Below are positions 52,441 to 62,718 of a DNA stretch of 64,000 nucleotides, in pieces (the first letter of the stretch is position 1; the number at the start of each line of letters is the position of its first letter). The stretch spans positions 64,001 through 128,000 of the forward strand of contig CAWETI010000003.1 of NCBI GenBank assembly GCA_963812015.1, in the 5' to 3' direction. This DNA comes from an uncultured delta proteobacterium. Its GTDB lineage: Bacteria > Desulfobacterota > Desulfobaccia > Desulfobaccales > 0-14-0-80-60-11. The notes under the pieces are model-generated. The model was not told where the DNA came from. It was given only the letters and a program-made list of their open reading frames with translations, and searched no databases. Made by a program: the position numbers and the translations under genes.

Positions 52441-53463
52441 TTAAGCGCTAGTATTAAGGAGCAGCGGGTTGAGCCGGCGATAGTCGGCGATGCCCGCGCC
52501 GGCTTTCTCAGCCATGAGAATATAGGGCACGTCGGCCAGGGTACGCCCCAAAAGTTCCACGCCCACGGCGTCAGCAGCCACGGGGTCGGTGGAGACGACC
52601 AGGGTGCCGGTGTCCTTCAGGTCGGACAGGGACCCGCCGGTGGGGCCGTTGGTCATCATGCTCACCGTGCCGTCCAGGACGCACAGGGTGGGCTTGAGCA
52701 ACTGCGACAGCTCGGTGATGATGCCGTTGATGTCCTGGTGGAAGACGTTGCGCCGCCCCCCCAGGAAGCCGTAGAAATTCTTGAGGGTCATGGAGGCCCC
52801 GGCGCGCTGGTGGTCTTTGACTGGACTCACCACGATGACCTTGGTCACTCCCGGGAAGACCCCGGCCATGACCGGCCAGTTTTCCAGGAGCTTGCCCCCG
52901 GGGAGGCTGACGGGAGCAAAGAGGGTGGCCCGGGGCGTTATGAGCCTGGCCCCGGACTTCAGAGCGGCATTGGCCAGTCCGGTGATCTCGAAGCAGCTAT
53001 CGGGATTGTTGATGGGGTTGTCCGTTACCAGCACCTGGGCCGCTCCGGCTTTGAAACAGAGGCTGGCCACCGCGGTGAGCACCTCCGGGTTCGTGGTGGC
53101 CCCCAGGGAAGGCGGAGTGGCGAACGCGGCGTTGACCTTGATGAGCACCCGGTCGCCCTTGCCGATGAAGGACTCCATGCCTCCCAGGGCTTGAATCCCC
53201 CGCTGGACCATCACCGCCCGGTCCGTGCCCCGGACGATGGCCATTTTCGCCTGTCCCGGGGTCAGGGTGCGCAGGCTATAATCCCCCAACCCGGTCAGCG
53301 CCTTCTGGCCCTCGGAAGGGCCCGGGCCTTTCGGGTCATACAGGGCCAGGCCAAGGCCGCAGGCCCCCAGGGCCACGGCCGAGGCGTACCCCAGCCGCTT
53401 GAGAAAATCCCGGCGGTTCAACTCGCCGGCTATGATCTGTTCTGCCTCACTGGGTTTCTTCAC
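52441..53463 (-). CDS. DUF362-domain protein with Tat signal
   Basis: NRRDFLK; GDRVLIKVN, ATTNPEV, VKDH, LKNFYG, NGPTGG, DPVAAD. Confidence 0.85.
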   Translation of the reverse strand: MKKPSEAEQIIAGELNRRDFLKRLGYASAVALGACGLGLALYDPKGPGPSEGQKALTGLGDYSLRTLTPGQAKMAIVRGTDRAVMVQRGIQALGGMESFIGKGDRVLIKVNAAFATPPSLGATTNPEVLTAVASLCFKAGAAQVLVTDNPINNPDSCFEITGLANAALKSGARLITPRATLFAPVSLPGGKLLENWPVMAGVFPGVTKVIVVSPVKDHQRAGASMTLKNFYGFLGGRRNVFHQDINGIITELSQLLKPTLCVLDGTVSMMTNGPTGGSLSDLKDTGTLVVSTDPVAADAVGVELLGRTLADVPYILMAEKAGAGIADYRRLNPLLLNTSA

Positions 53464-54476
53464 GGCTTCCCCTTGAGCGCCTTCCTCAAGTTGGCGGCGA
53501 GCTCCAGAGCGACTGCGGCTGAAGACGCGTCATGGACTCCGGCCAGTGTCCCCCCCTCGACAAAGACTATTTCAAACGAGTTATCCAGGACGAGGACCGG
53601 GATGTCCCCCGGCTGGCCCGGGGTCTGGACCTTCTGGTAACCGTTGGCGGCCAGAAAATCCAGGTAACGCCGCGCCTCCGCCTGGGCCTGCTCCGGGGTG
53701 TCTCGCGGCGCCATAAATGCCGTGGCCTTGCCGTTCTTCAGGCTGTATTCTCCGGTGAGCACGTTGTTCAAACCCTCCAGGCAGAAGGTGTCGGTGGCGC
53801 ACAGGCGCACGGTATCCAGGGCCAGGCCTTCTTTGGGAAAGAGGGCGGCCTCATCCTTCGCTTCCCCCTGGGAGGGAATTTTGGCCAGGAGTGCGGTGGC
53901 ATAGGCCTGAAGGGAACTTTTCAGCGCCTCCGAAGCCCGGTCAGCCACGATCTCCACATAAAACTGCCCCTGAGTGAAGAACAAAGCATTGGCCGTGACA
54001 TAGGCATTGGCGGTCAGGGGAATACTGGGGGAGCCCGGGCGGCGTTGGCCGCTGAACACGGCAAAGGCATTTTGGGCTGAGCCCATATCGTAGAGATAGA
54101 CGTCCACATGCGCCCCGCCCGCCGCGCCCAGATTGAAGCTGCGGCAGGACATTTCCTTGAAGCCCGCGGACAGGTAGAGCTCGGCCTTGCCGTCGATCTT
54201 ATCGGAAAGATTATCCGGGTTGTAGCTCTCGATGGGGGTAAGGGGAGTGAACCCAGAGACCTCGGGGAGGAACGCCGCCGTGGCGGCCGGGGCCTGGCCG
54301 GAAACGGCCTGGACCCGGCCCTTAAGCTCGGGGGCGCGCATGGCCACGATCACCGCGGGATTGAAGCGGGACTGGGCGACCAGAAGCCAGACCGCGATCA
54401 AGCCCAACACGGCGAGAATACCGTAACCGGTCCACTGCTGGGCCACGCCCACCTTTGCCTTTCTCGGTGCCATCAT
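53460..54476 (-). CDS. Membrane-anchored periplasmic protein (DUF6599-like)
   Basis: N-terminal TM helix; NLSDKIDGKAELY...GF, YDMGS..NAFAVFS. Confidence 0.7.
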   Translation of the reverse strand: MMAPRKAKVGVAQQWTGYGILAVLGLIAVWLLVAQSRFNPAVIVAMRAPELKGRVQAVSGQAPAATAAFLPEVSGFTPLTPIESYNPDNLSDKIDGKAELYLSAGFKEMSCRSFNLGAAGGAHVDVYLYDMGSAQNAFAVFSGQRRPGSPSIPLTANAYVTANALFFTQGQFYVEIVADRASEALKSSLQAYATALLAKIPSQGEAKDEAALFPKEGLALDTVRLCATDTFCLEGLNNVLTGEYSLKNGKATAFMAPRDTPEQAQAEARRYLDFLAANGYQKVQTPGQPGDIPVLVLDNSFEIVFVEGGTLAGVHDASSAAVALELAANLRKALKGKP

Positions 54477-54494
54477 CCTTCCGAATAGGCCAGC

Positions 54495-55106
54495 TTATGG
54501 AGAAATTTTCTTCTGCTGGCTCAGATCGTAGATCGGGGCAAATTTAAGCTCCTGGCGCAGAACCTCTTCCGGAGATTTGGTCAGGAGTTCCCCATTCTTT
54601 TGGATAAAACGCAGTTCGGCGCCGACCCCGCACCCCGCGGTGCAGGCCTGTTCCAGCTTGGATCTGGCCGCGTCGAACTCCTCTCCCGCCTTGCTCTTGT
54701 GGAATTTTTCCCGCCATTCGATCCATTGCCGGGGGGTCAAGCCGCTCTGGTCGATGAAGACATAGTAGACTACCTTGTCCGGGCAGTCCTCTTCCAGGTA
54801 GAGGGTGTACTCCGCCAGCGTGTCCGGGTTGCCTGGCCCGGCCGGGCGATCTTTATCAGTCGCCTCCATGAGCCAGGCCGTCGGGCATTTGCGGGAGGCG
54901 GCAAAGGCCTTCACCGTACCGAAAATGAACCCCGGGTTCATCTCGTCAGCCACGAAATTGCCGGCCAGGAACTTCTCGGGTGGGGTGAAAGCGGTCAGCC
55001 CGTTGGCTTGCCGCAGGGCCGTGGCCTTGGCGCTCGCCGCCCAGGCGGTGGCGCCATTGCCAACCAAGAGGAAAAACCCCAGGAATATCGGCAGTAAACG
55101 CATCAT
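54495..55106 (-). CDS. Exported hypothetical protein
   Basis: Signal peptide (AWA), 4 Cys, strong GGAGG RBS; first gene of the operon. Confidence 0.7.
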   Translation of the reverse strand: MMRLLPIFLGFFLLVGNGATAWAASAKATALRQANGLTAFTPPEKFLAGNFVADEMNPGFIFGTVKAFAASRKCPTAWLMEATDKDRPAGPGNPDTLAEYTLYLEEDCPDKVVYYVFIDQSGLTPRQWIEWREKFHKSKAGEEFDAARSKLEQACTAGCGVGAELRFIQKNGELLTKSPEEVLRQELKFAPIYDLSQQKKISP

Positions 55107-55313
55107 ACCCCCTCCTCCCTTACTGCGAAAAGTGAAATGTCGAGATTGCGGTCCTTCGGAAAGGTGTTCAGATCACTGGCAGCCGCGTGGGCCCAGTGGA
55201 GTGAGGTTGCGACCACCTGGGATAAATCAGCCATGGATAAAATCCTTTGGATATAATTTTAGCTACACTATGCTCAATTGCAAGTGCTCCATAAGGATCA
55301 AAATTATTTTTTG

Positions 55314-55414
55314 TATAGCAATTGCCAAAAGTTCTTTCCTTTTATTACCCTCTCCCTTTGCGGGAGAGGATCAGGGTGAGGGTGAATAAGAAAGAACTTT
55401 TGGCAATGAGTATA
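55314..55414. mobile_element. MITE-like element with 25-bp terminal inverted repeats
   Basis: TATAGCAATTGCCAAAAGTTCTTTC / GAAAGAACTTTTGGCAATGAGTATA (22/25), enclosing CCCTCTCCC..GGGAGAGG..GGGTGAGGG. Confidence 0.65.
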
Positions 55415-55422
55415 AGGCCGGG

Positions 55423-56904
55423 TTATCCGCCTCCGCCCCGCATTGCTGCTCCAGCCTGCCGTCGGTCCAGCCGGGCGACGCATTCGATGTGGGCCGTATG
55501 GGGGAAGAGATCGAAGGGTTGGACGGTCAGGATATCGTAGCGATCCTGGAGGAGGCCCAGGTCCCGGGCCAGGGTGGCGGGGTTGCAGGAAACATACATG
55601 ATCCGCCGGGGGGCAATCTCCCGGAGGGTTTGCACCACCTGGGGGTGCAGGCCGGCCCGGGGCGGGTCGGTGATCACCACATCGGGGCGAGGCTGGTTAC
55701 GGGGGCCGGCTCTGAGGGCCTCCCGGATACGCTCTTTCAAATCTCCCGCCAGGAACTGGCAATTTTCCAGGCCGTTGAGCCGGCTGTTGATGTAAGCATC
55801 GTTTACGGCTGCCGCCACCAGTTCAAATCCCACCACCCGGCGCACTTTTCCGGCCAAAGTCAGGGCGATGCTGCCGGCCCCGCCATAGAGATCCCAGACG
55901 GTCTCTTCGCCGGTGAACTCGCCCAGCCGGCCGATGGCGTCATATAAACCTTCGGCGGCCGCGGTATTGGTCTGGAAGAAAGAGTTGGCCGTGATCCGCA
56001 GGCGCAGATCGCCGAGGTGCTCTTCAATGTATCCCGGGCCCCACACGGTGCGGCTGTCTTCGCCACTGGCCACCTGGGCTTTGGTCCGGCTGCGGGAATG
56101 CAGCACGGTGGTGATGGCCGGGAAGCGGGCCACCAGATGGGCGGCCAGGGCCTCCACCGCGGCGGGGTCGCCCTGGTCGGTGGTGATGAGGTGCACCAGC
56201 GTCTGGTCGGTGCGCTTGCCCTCGCGCAGCACCAGAAACCGCCAGAAGCCCCGATGGGTGTGGGTATTATAGGCGGACCGGCCGCTTTGGCCGCACCAGC
56301 GGCGCACCTCCTGGACGATGGCCGTGGACTGGGTTGATTGCAGAAAGCAGTGCTCCAGATTAAAAACCTGGTCGGGGGAGACCCCCACATGCAACCCCAG
56401 GGCGCAGCCGCCGCTTAAAGCGCGGTTTGCCGCAGCGGGGTCGCCAGCGGGCAGCCAGGGCCGGGGGGCAAAGGCAAACTCCATTTTGTTGCGATAATAC
56501 TGCTGGTGCGGTGAGGCCACCGGCGGCAGGATATCCCCGGGCGTCAGCCCCGCCAGATGCTGGAGACATTCCTGGACGTGGAGCCTCTTCCAGTGCAACT
56601 GCTCCTCATAGGCGAGATCCTGCCACTGGCAGCCGCCGCAGACCCCAAAATGGGGGCAGAAGGGTGGGGCATACGCCGGGGATTGGGTCAGGAGCTGCAC
56701 CACCCGGGCTTCGGCGAACCGGGATTTTTTCCGGGTAATCCGCACCCGCACCCTTTGGCCGGGGACGGCGTGTCCCACGAAGACCACGCACCCATCCACC
56801 CTTCCCAGGGCTTTCCCGCCAAAGGCCAGCTTGTCGATGAGAAGATCGACCTCCGCGCCCTTGGACAGCACGGGGGCAGCGGCCTTGGGGTTCGCCGGGG
56901 GCAT
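55423..56904 (-). CDS. rlmD: 23S rRNA (uracil-1939-C5)-methyltransferase
   Basis: TRAM domain, CPHFGVCGGCQWQ, YRNK, SFFQTN, DPPRAG, YVSCNP, FPHTAHIE. Confidence 0.92.
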   Translation of the reverse strand: MPPANPKAAAPVLSKGAEVDLLIDKLAFGGKALGRVDGCVVFVGHAVPGQRVRVRITRKKSRFAEARVVQLLTQSPAYAPPFCPHFGVCGGCQWQDLAYEEQLHWKRLHVQECLQHLAGLTPGDILPPVASPHQQYYRNKMEFAFAPRPWLPAGDPAAANRALSGGCALGLHVGVSPDQVFNLEHCFLQSTQSTAIVQEVRRWCGQSGRSAYNTHTHRGFWRFLVLREGKRTDQTLVHLITTDQGDPAAVEALAAHLVARFPAITTVLHSRSRTKAQVASGEDSRTVWGPGYIEEHLGDLRLRITANSFFQTNTAAAEGLYDAIGRLGEFTGEETVWDLYGGAGSIALTLAGKVRRVVGFELVAAAVNDAYINSRLNGLENCQFLAGDLKERIREALRAGPRNQPRPDVVITDPPRAGLHPQVVQTLREIAPRRIMYVSCNPATLARDLGLLQDRYDILTVQPFDLFPHTAHIECVARLDRRQAGAAMRGGGG

Positions 56905-57201
56905 GTCAAGAGACCTGCAGAGAACGGGGCAGGAGGGGAGAAAACGGCACCACGTTTATGGTTGCCAAAACTCTAGCGGATTGTCTCAATTCTGGTCCGA
57001 ATCATCAAGGGAACGTATGAGGTTCGGTTCCCCGTTGAGATCAAGATAGCAAGATTTGAGCCGCAAAGCAAAAGATGGAGATCGGATCGGCAAATATTTT
57101 ATATTATTTGCAATTTCCTGATATTGGCAAGTAACTATGATGCAAAGGAAAGCTCTGTCTGCCCTATCGGTTGGTGGTATCCGGGGATTCCAGGCTCCGC
57201 C

Positions 57202-57660
57202 TCATTTGGTGGCCTTAGCGGCTCCGCGGTTTTCTTCGTGCCACTTTTTTAATGCCAGGAGATACTTGGCCTGCTGCAAAGGAGTCAGCAAGGTCATCTC
57301 CTCTTGACGCTGCGCTTTGAAAGATTCGAAGAGCTGGTTATGGTCGGCGATAACCACCGGCACCAACTCTTTGATTTTGACCTCATCCGGCTTTGGGCCG
57401 GCGACGGCTTTTTCCAGGTCAGTTTCATTTTTCTTCAATTTCTCAATGAGGCTCTCTCGGGTTTGTGAGTATTTAGCCCCTATCGCCTGAAGTTCCGCGG
57501 CGTTCTCAGGGGTCAAGTTGAGCTCCTTTACTAGCTTTTCCCATTCCAACTTGTAGTGGCTGTCCGCGGGTTCCGACTGCGCCTGACAATTACCCGGTGT
57601 CAGGAGCATGGCCGCCATCAGCAACACCAAGGCCATGTGCCAGAAGTCATTGCTTTTCAT
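57202..57660 (-). CDS. Periplasmic Spy/CpxP/metal-resistance-like helical protein
   Basis: Signal peptide; LNLTPE and LLTPLQ (LTxxQ-like) motifs, PDEVKI. Confidence 0.75.
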   Translation of the reverse strand: MKSNDFWHMALVLLMAAMLLTPGNCQAQSEPADSHYKLEWEKLVKELNLTPENAAELQAIGAKYSQTRESLIEKLKKNETDLEKAVAGPKPDEVKIKELVPVVIADHNQLFESFKAQRQEEMTLLTPLQQAKYLLALKKWHEENRGAAKATK

Positions 57661-58020
57661 ATTTAATTCTCCTTATATCGAGCCGTGGATAAATCCGGTT
57701 CCGACATTCTTTTGGTCCAATAATTTTAATTTAAGACGCACCCTTATCCAAGGCAAGCCTTTCCTCTGAAAAAGGTCACGGTACGTTGCCTGGCCGCAGT
57801 TATAGGCACCTCCGGCCTGGCTGGTGCATTTTGAAAGGCTTACAATTCTTCCAGGAAGACGGCCGTCTTGAAAATCGCCAGAATGATCTTAACTTAATAA
57901 TTAAATTATAGACTCTTATATAATCGCCGCCGCCCTGATGAACTGCAAAACACTGAAGCCAGGGGGTCGGCCAGATTCTGGTGGTGTATCTCCCCGGTAG
58001 AATGGCGTAAGGTGATGATA

Positions 58021-58302
58021 ATGCTGCCCTATAAGCTACTCCCGATGTGCATATTGTTTGCTTTAGTCGCCTGCGTGCCCTATGCAGGCAATGGGGTATA
58101 CTATCCTTTTGAAAATTATTATGGATACGAATACCCCGCAGCATATTATTACTATCCCTATTACTCTCGTCCGTATGGCTACTATTACTATCCGCACTCT
58201 CAAATACATGTGGAGCAGAAAGGATACATGGGCGTTGGACACCGGGGAGCTGAGGGGCAATTTGAAGGCCACGGTGGTCACGGCCACGGGCGAGGGAAAT
58301 AA
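58021..58302 (+). CDS. Small Tyr/Pro-rich lipoprotein with His/Gly tail
   Basis: Lipobox LVAC; YYGYEYPAAYYYYPYY; GHGGHGHG. Confidence 0.55.
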   Translation: MLPYKLLPMCILFALVACVPYAGNGVYYPFENYYGYEYPAAYYYYPYYSRPYGYYYYPHSQIHVEQKGYMGVGHRGAEGQFEGHGGHGHGRGK

Positions 58303-58507
58303 TGGTCTCTTCCGATATGAGGATCATATCCGCAACTTTTTGCAATTTCTGAGAAGTTTCATTGGTGGCAAGGTATCAACTATTCCTACTGTTCAGTCGG
58401 ACACAAAAAGGGCAGAGCCATGGCTGACCCTGCCTGTTTATCGCTAAAAGAGAAGGGAAAATGCTTTCATTTGCATTAGTTAAGCAATTAAACTATAAAT
58501 CTTTAAA

Positions 58508-58927
58508 CTAAGGGCCCGTCCGCTGATAGGCAGTGCGGTAAATAAATCCATCAGGATTTATCCAGAACATCTCGTAACTGATATGAGATATCTTTCCGCC
58601 CCGGGAAGAACCACCGCCACCGTCCCCTCCACCTCGAGAAGAACCACCTCCGCTATGTCGGCCCATGCCGCCGCCGTAACCTCCTCCATGAGAGGAGCCA
58701 CCACCGCTACCCGAATCAGGGGATAATTCAGATGACGAATATAAGAAAATTTTGCCACCCTGACCGTCATCCATTTTATCACTCGGAGGTCCCTTGGCAG
58801 CAATTAGGTCGTTAAAGTTTTTGCCCTTCCACTCTTCTTCTAACTTCTGGGCCTTATCATTGGTAACAGTGGCGCAACCTGCGATGAGCAGACCCCCAAG
58901 GATTAAGAGCATAATTTTAGTTTTCAT
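58508..58927 (-). CDS. Gly-rich lipoprotein
   Basis: Lipobox IAGC; WKG...LIAAKGPP motif; long Gly/Ser insert. Confidence 0.7.
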   Translation of the reverse strand: MKTKIMLLILGGLLIAGCATVTNDKAQKLEEEWKGKNFNDLIAAKGPPSDKMDDGQGGKIFLYSSSELSPDSGSGGGSSHGGGYGGGMGRHSGGGSSRGGGDGGGGSSRGGKISHISYEMFWINPDGFIYRTAYQRTGP

Positions 58928-59106
58928 ATCCAACCCCATACGAAGTTTTGAAGAGGCCTGGCAGAAGATCCCACCTCCATTCACCCCTTCAATAATTAAC
59001 ACAAAAAAGAGGAGAATTCGGCTTGACCCTTAATATTTTAGGAAGGTTGGAAAGATGAGACTGGGAGAATGGGCATAGGAAACATTAATAATTTAAAAAG
59101 AGAGCG

Positions 59107-59157
59107 TGATCTGCCCCCCAAAAACTGACCTACAAGTTATGTTAGAGTGGCAGATCA
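59107..59157. mobile_element. Possible IS3-family end remnant
   Basis: TGATCTGCCCCCC... resembles IS3-type IRL ends; 9-bp inverted repeat TGATCTGCC/GGCAGATCA; no transposase nearby. Confidence 0.35.
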
Positions 59158-59498
59158 AAGGGAGGCAGGTGGTTGCAGTCGAAACAGAAAATAGCTGCTC
59201 TATATGCGCGGTTTAAATTAAAATAATCAGTATGTTATATGATTAGCCTATCAGTAATTGAGAGATAGCTTGTATTTAAGGTTTTTGCCCTGTGGTCAGG
59301 TCTCATCCGACACCCCCGGCCATCCTGGTCTGCCGAATAACCCCTCACCGGACTGGGCCTCCCCAGGGCCTGGCGATATATCCCGGGCTTCCGCCTGACT
59401 CTCAAGACTTTTCGTCATATTTAATTAGCCTGGGGGAGGATTTCTGTGATAAATTTTATTTTTTAAGGAACAAAGGAACCTGCATTCAGGAGTGTTGC

Positions 59499-62021
59499 AT
59501 GGCCCCTCGTTACGAACCCCGCCCCCTGGAAGCCAAGTGGCAGCAGCTCTGGGAGGAGCGGGGGCTGTTTAACGCCAAGGAAGACCCCGCCCGGCCCAAG
59601 TACTACGTGCTGGAGATGTTCCCGTACCCTTCCGGGCGCATCCACATGGGCCACGTGCGCAACTATACCATCGGGGACGTGGTGGCCCGGTACAAGCGGA
59701 TGCGGGGCTTCAACGTGCTCCATCCCATGGGCTGGGACGCCTTCGGCCTGCCGGCGGAGAACGCCGCCATGGCCCGGGGGCTCCACCCCGCCGCCTGGAC
59801 CTACGACAATATCGCCTACATGCGCCGCCAGCTTAAGGAACTGGGCTACAGCTACGACTGGCCCCGGGAGCTGGCCACCTGCGATCCGGACTACTACCGC
59901 TGGGAGCAACTGGTCTTCATCGAGATGTTCCGCCGGGGGCTGGCCTACAAGAAAGAAGCCCCGGTCAACTGGTGCCCCACCTGCCAGACGGTGCTGGCCA
60001 ACGAGCAGGTGGAAGACGGCCTCTGCTGGCGCTGCGATTCCCCGGTGCACTTAAAAGAGCTCAACCAGTGGTTTTTTAAGATCACCGCCTATGCCGAGGA
60101 ACTGCTGGCCGACCTGGACCTGATGACCCACTGGCCGGAGCGGGTCCTCACCATGCAACGCCACTGGATCGGCAAGTCCCCGGGGGCGGAGATCTATTTT
60201 CCTCCTACGCAAGTGACGCAAGTGACGCAAGGGACCCAGGGGGGCGAGGGGAGCGAGTCCCTGACGGTGTTCACCACCCGGGCCGACACCCTGTTCGGGG
60301 CCACCTTCATGAGCCTGGCCCCGGAGCACCCTTTGGCCCTGGCCCTGGCCCAAGGCACCGGCCAGGAAGAGGCGGTGAGGAAGTTTGTCGAGTACTGGCG
60401 GGCCCAAAACCGCAGCCGGGGCGTCCTGGAGGAGGTCACCAAGGAGGGGGTGTTCACCGGCAGCTACTGCGTCAACCCCGTCACCGGCTCCAAGATGCCC
60501 ATTTATGTCGCCAATTTCGTGCTCATGGAGTACGGCACCGGCGCGGTGATGGCGGTGCCGGCCCACGACCAGCGGGATTTCGAGTTCGCCAAAAAGTATG
60601 ATTTGCCCATTAAAGTGGTGGTCCAACCGCCCGGGGAGGAACTCCAGGCCGCAAACCTCACTGCCGCTTACGAGGACGAGGGCGTCCTGGTGGACTCCGG
60701 CCAGTTCACCGGCATGGCCAGCGCCGGGGCCAAGGAGGCCATCGCCGCCTGGCTGGAAGAAAAAGGCCAGGGCAAGGCCGCGGTGCATTTTCGCCTGAGG
60801 GACTGGCTCATCTCCCGGCAGCGCTACTGGGGGGCGCCCATCCCCATCATCTACTGCGAGACCTGCGGCCTGGCGCCGGTGCCGGAGAAAGACCTGCCGG
60901 TGGTCCTGCCCCTCTCCGTTGCCATCACCGGGGAGGGCGGCTCCCCCCTGGCCCAGTTGCCGTCGTTTTATGAGGTGAATTGTCCCACCTGCGGCGGCCC
61001 GGCCCGGCGGGAAGTGGACACCATGGACACCTTCGTGGAGTCCTCCTGGTACTTTTTGCGCTACGCCAGCGCCGACTACACCGAAGGCGTCCTGGACCCG
61101 CCCCGGGTGAACTACTGGCTCCCCGTGGACCAGTATATCGGCGGCATCGAACACGCGGTGCTGCACCTGCTCTACGCCCGCTTTTTCACCAAGGTCCTGC
61201 GGGACCTGGGGATGGTCAAGATCGACGAGCCCTTTCAACGCCTCCTCACCCAGGGCATGGTCTTGAAAGACGGGGCCAAGATGGCCAAATCCAAGGGCAA
61301 CGTGGTGGACCCGGAGTACATGATTAAGGAATACGGCACCGACACCACCCGCCTGTTCCTGCTGTTTGCGGCGCCGCCGGAGAAAGATCTGGAGTGGAGC
61401 GACCAGGGGGTGGCCGGGTCGGCCCGTTTCCTTCACCGCCTCTGGAACTTGGTGCAGGACCTTTTGCCCACACTGCGACAAGTTTCGCCGTATCAGGGTC
61501 CCGGCACGGAATTGTCCCCGGAACTCTCGGATTTCCGCCGCAAGGTGCACCAGACCATCAAGAAGGTGACCGAGGACATCGAGGATTCCTTCCACTTCAA
61601 TACTGCCATCGCCGCGGTGATGGAGTTGGTGAACGCCTTCTATCTGGCCGCGGAGCACCCGCCCCAAGACGAGGCCACCGCCAGGGTCTTCCGGGAGGCG
61701 GTGGAGGCCATCCTGCTCCTGGTCAGTCCCATGGTGCCTCACATCGCCGAGGAGCTGTGGCAGGCGTTGGGACATAGCACCCTGCTGCTGGACGTTCCCT
61801 GGCCCCGGCCCCAGCCTGAGGCCCTGACGGTGTCCACCCTGACGGTGGTGGTCCAGGTCAACGGCAAGGTGCGGAGCCGCCTGGAAGTGCCGGCCACGGC
61901 TACGGATGCCGAGATTAGCCATCTGGCCCTGGCCGACCCGGCCATTGCCAAATGGCTCCAGGGCAAGCCGCCCAAAAAAGTTATCCTGGCCCGGCGCAAG
62001 CTGGTCAATATCGTCGTCTGA
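59499..62021 (+). CDS. leuS: Leucine--tRNA ligase
   Basis: [56 protein letters not shown]. Confidence 0.97.
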   Translation: MAPRYEPRPLEAKWQQLWEERGLFNAKEDPARPKYYVLEMFPYPSGRIHMGHVRNYTIGDVVARYKRMRGFNVLHPMGWDAFGLPAENAAMARGLHPAAWTYDNIAYMRRQLKELGYSYDWPRELATCDPDYYRWEQLVFIEMFRRGLAYKKEAPVNWCPTCQTVLANEQVEDGLCWRCDSPVHLKELNQWFFKITAYAEELLADLDLMTHWPERVLTMQRHWIGKSPGAEIYFPPTQVTQVTQGTQGGEGSESLTVFTTRADTLFGATFMSLAPEHPLALALAQGTGQEEAVRKFVEYWRAQNRSRGVLEEVTKEGVFTGSYCVNPVTGSKMPIYVANFVLMEYGTGAVMAVPAHDQRDFEFAKKYDLPIKVVVQPPGEELQAANLTAAYEDEGVLVDSGQFTGMASAGAKEAIAAWLEEKGQGKAAVHFRLRDWLISRQRYWGAPIPIIYCETCGLAPVPEKDLPVVLPLSVAITGEGGSPLAQLPSFYEVNCPTCGGPARREVDTMDTFVESSWYFLRYASADYTEGVLDPPRVNYWLPVDQYIGGIEHAVLHLLYARFFTKVLRDLGMVKIDEPFQRLLTQGMVLKDGAKMAKSKGNVVDPEYMIKEYGTDTTRLFLLFAAPPEKDLEWSDQGVAGSARFLHRLWNLVQDLLPTLRQVSPYQGPGTELSPELSDFRRKVHQTIKKVTEDIEDSFHFNTAIAAVMELVNAFYLAAEHPPQDEATARVFREAVEAILLLVSPMVPHIAEELWQALGHSTLLLDVPWPRPQPEALTVSTLTVVVQVNGKVRSRLEVPATATDAEISHLALADPAIAKWLQGKPPKKVILARRKLVNIVV

Positions 62022-62033
62022 GGGAGTGAAGCC

Positions 62034-62549
62034 ATGGCCGTCTGCCGCCTCGGAGTGCTTGCCTTACTCTTGGTCAACCTGTGGGGCTGCGGTTATCGCC
62101 CGTTAGGGGCGGCGCCGCCCGATCCCCAGGTCCGGCCGACCCTGGCCATCCCCCTGTTCGCCAACCGCTCCACCGAAGTGGGCCTGGAGGCCGTCTTTGC
62201 AAACGCCCTGATCAACGCCTTCGCCCAGACCGGGGCGGTCAAGGTCGTCCCCGGGGACGGGAATGCGGAGTTGGTGCTGGAAGGCCAGGTGCGGTCGGTG
62301 GATAATGCCTCGGTGGCCTTCGACTCCGTCACCAAGTCCACGGTGCGCCGCTTGACCTTGCGGGTGGAGTTGACCCTGCGCCGGAAGAAGGGCGACAAGG
62401 TCCTCTGGAAGGATACCCAAATCTTGCAAGAAGATTACGTGGTGGACCCCTATTACCACTTGGGGGAGGCCACCCGGACCGAGGGCGTGCGGCGGGCTGC
62501 GGTCAACATGGCCCGGCGGGTGCTGGACAAGGTGCTGCTGGTGATTTAG
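62034..62549 (+). CDS. lptE: LPS assembly lipoprotein LptE family
   Basis: Lipobox WGCGY; position in the conserved leuS-lptE-holA operon. Confidence 0.8.
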   Translation: MAVCRLGVLALLLVNLWGCGYRPLGAAPPDPQVRPTLAIPLFANRSTEVGLEAVFANALINAFAQTGAVKVVPGDGNAELVLEGQVRSVDNASVAFDSVTKSTVRRLTLRVELTLRRKKGDKVLWKDTQILQEDYVVDPYYHLGEATRTEGVRRAAVNMARRVLDKVLLVI

Positions 62550-62718
62550 GTAGGGAAGGGGGCCAGGGGCTTTTTTGTAAGTGGCTCCTGCCCTCTTCCC
62601 CGGACCCCACTCCCCAACCCCCATTAAGGTAGAGATTATCTCATGGGGTAAGGTGCGATTACAGGGAAGGAGGATGTTTGGCTGACTGCTGATAGCTGAA
62701 AGCTGACCGCTCATACCT

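Noticed and set aside
59292..59498. N-terminal extension of LeuS, or a tRNA/T-box in the leader
   Set aside because: The RBS (CAGGAG) supports ATG at 59499; no T-box or tRNA features are seen.
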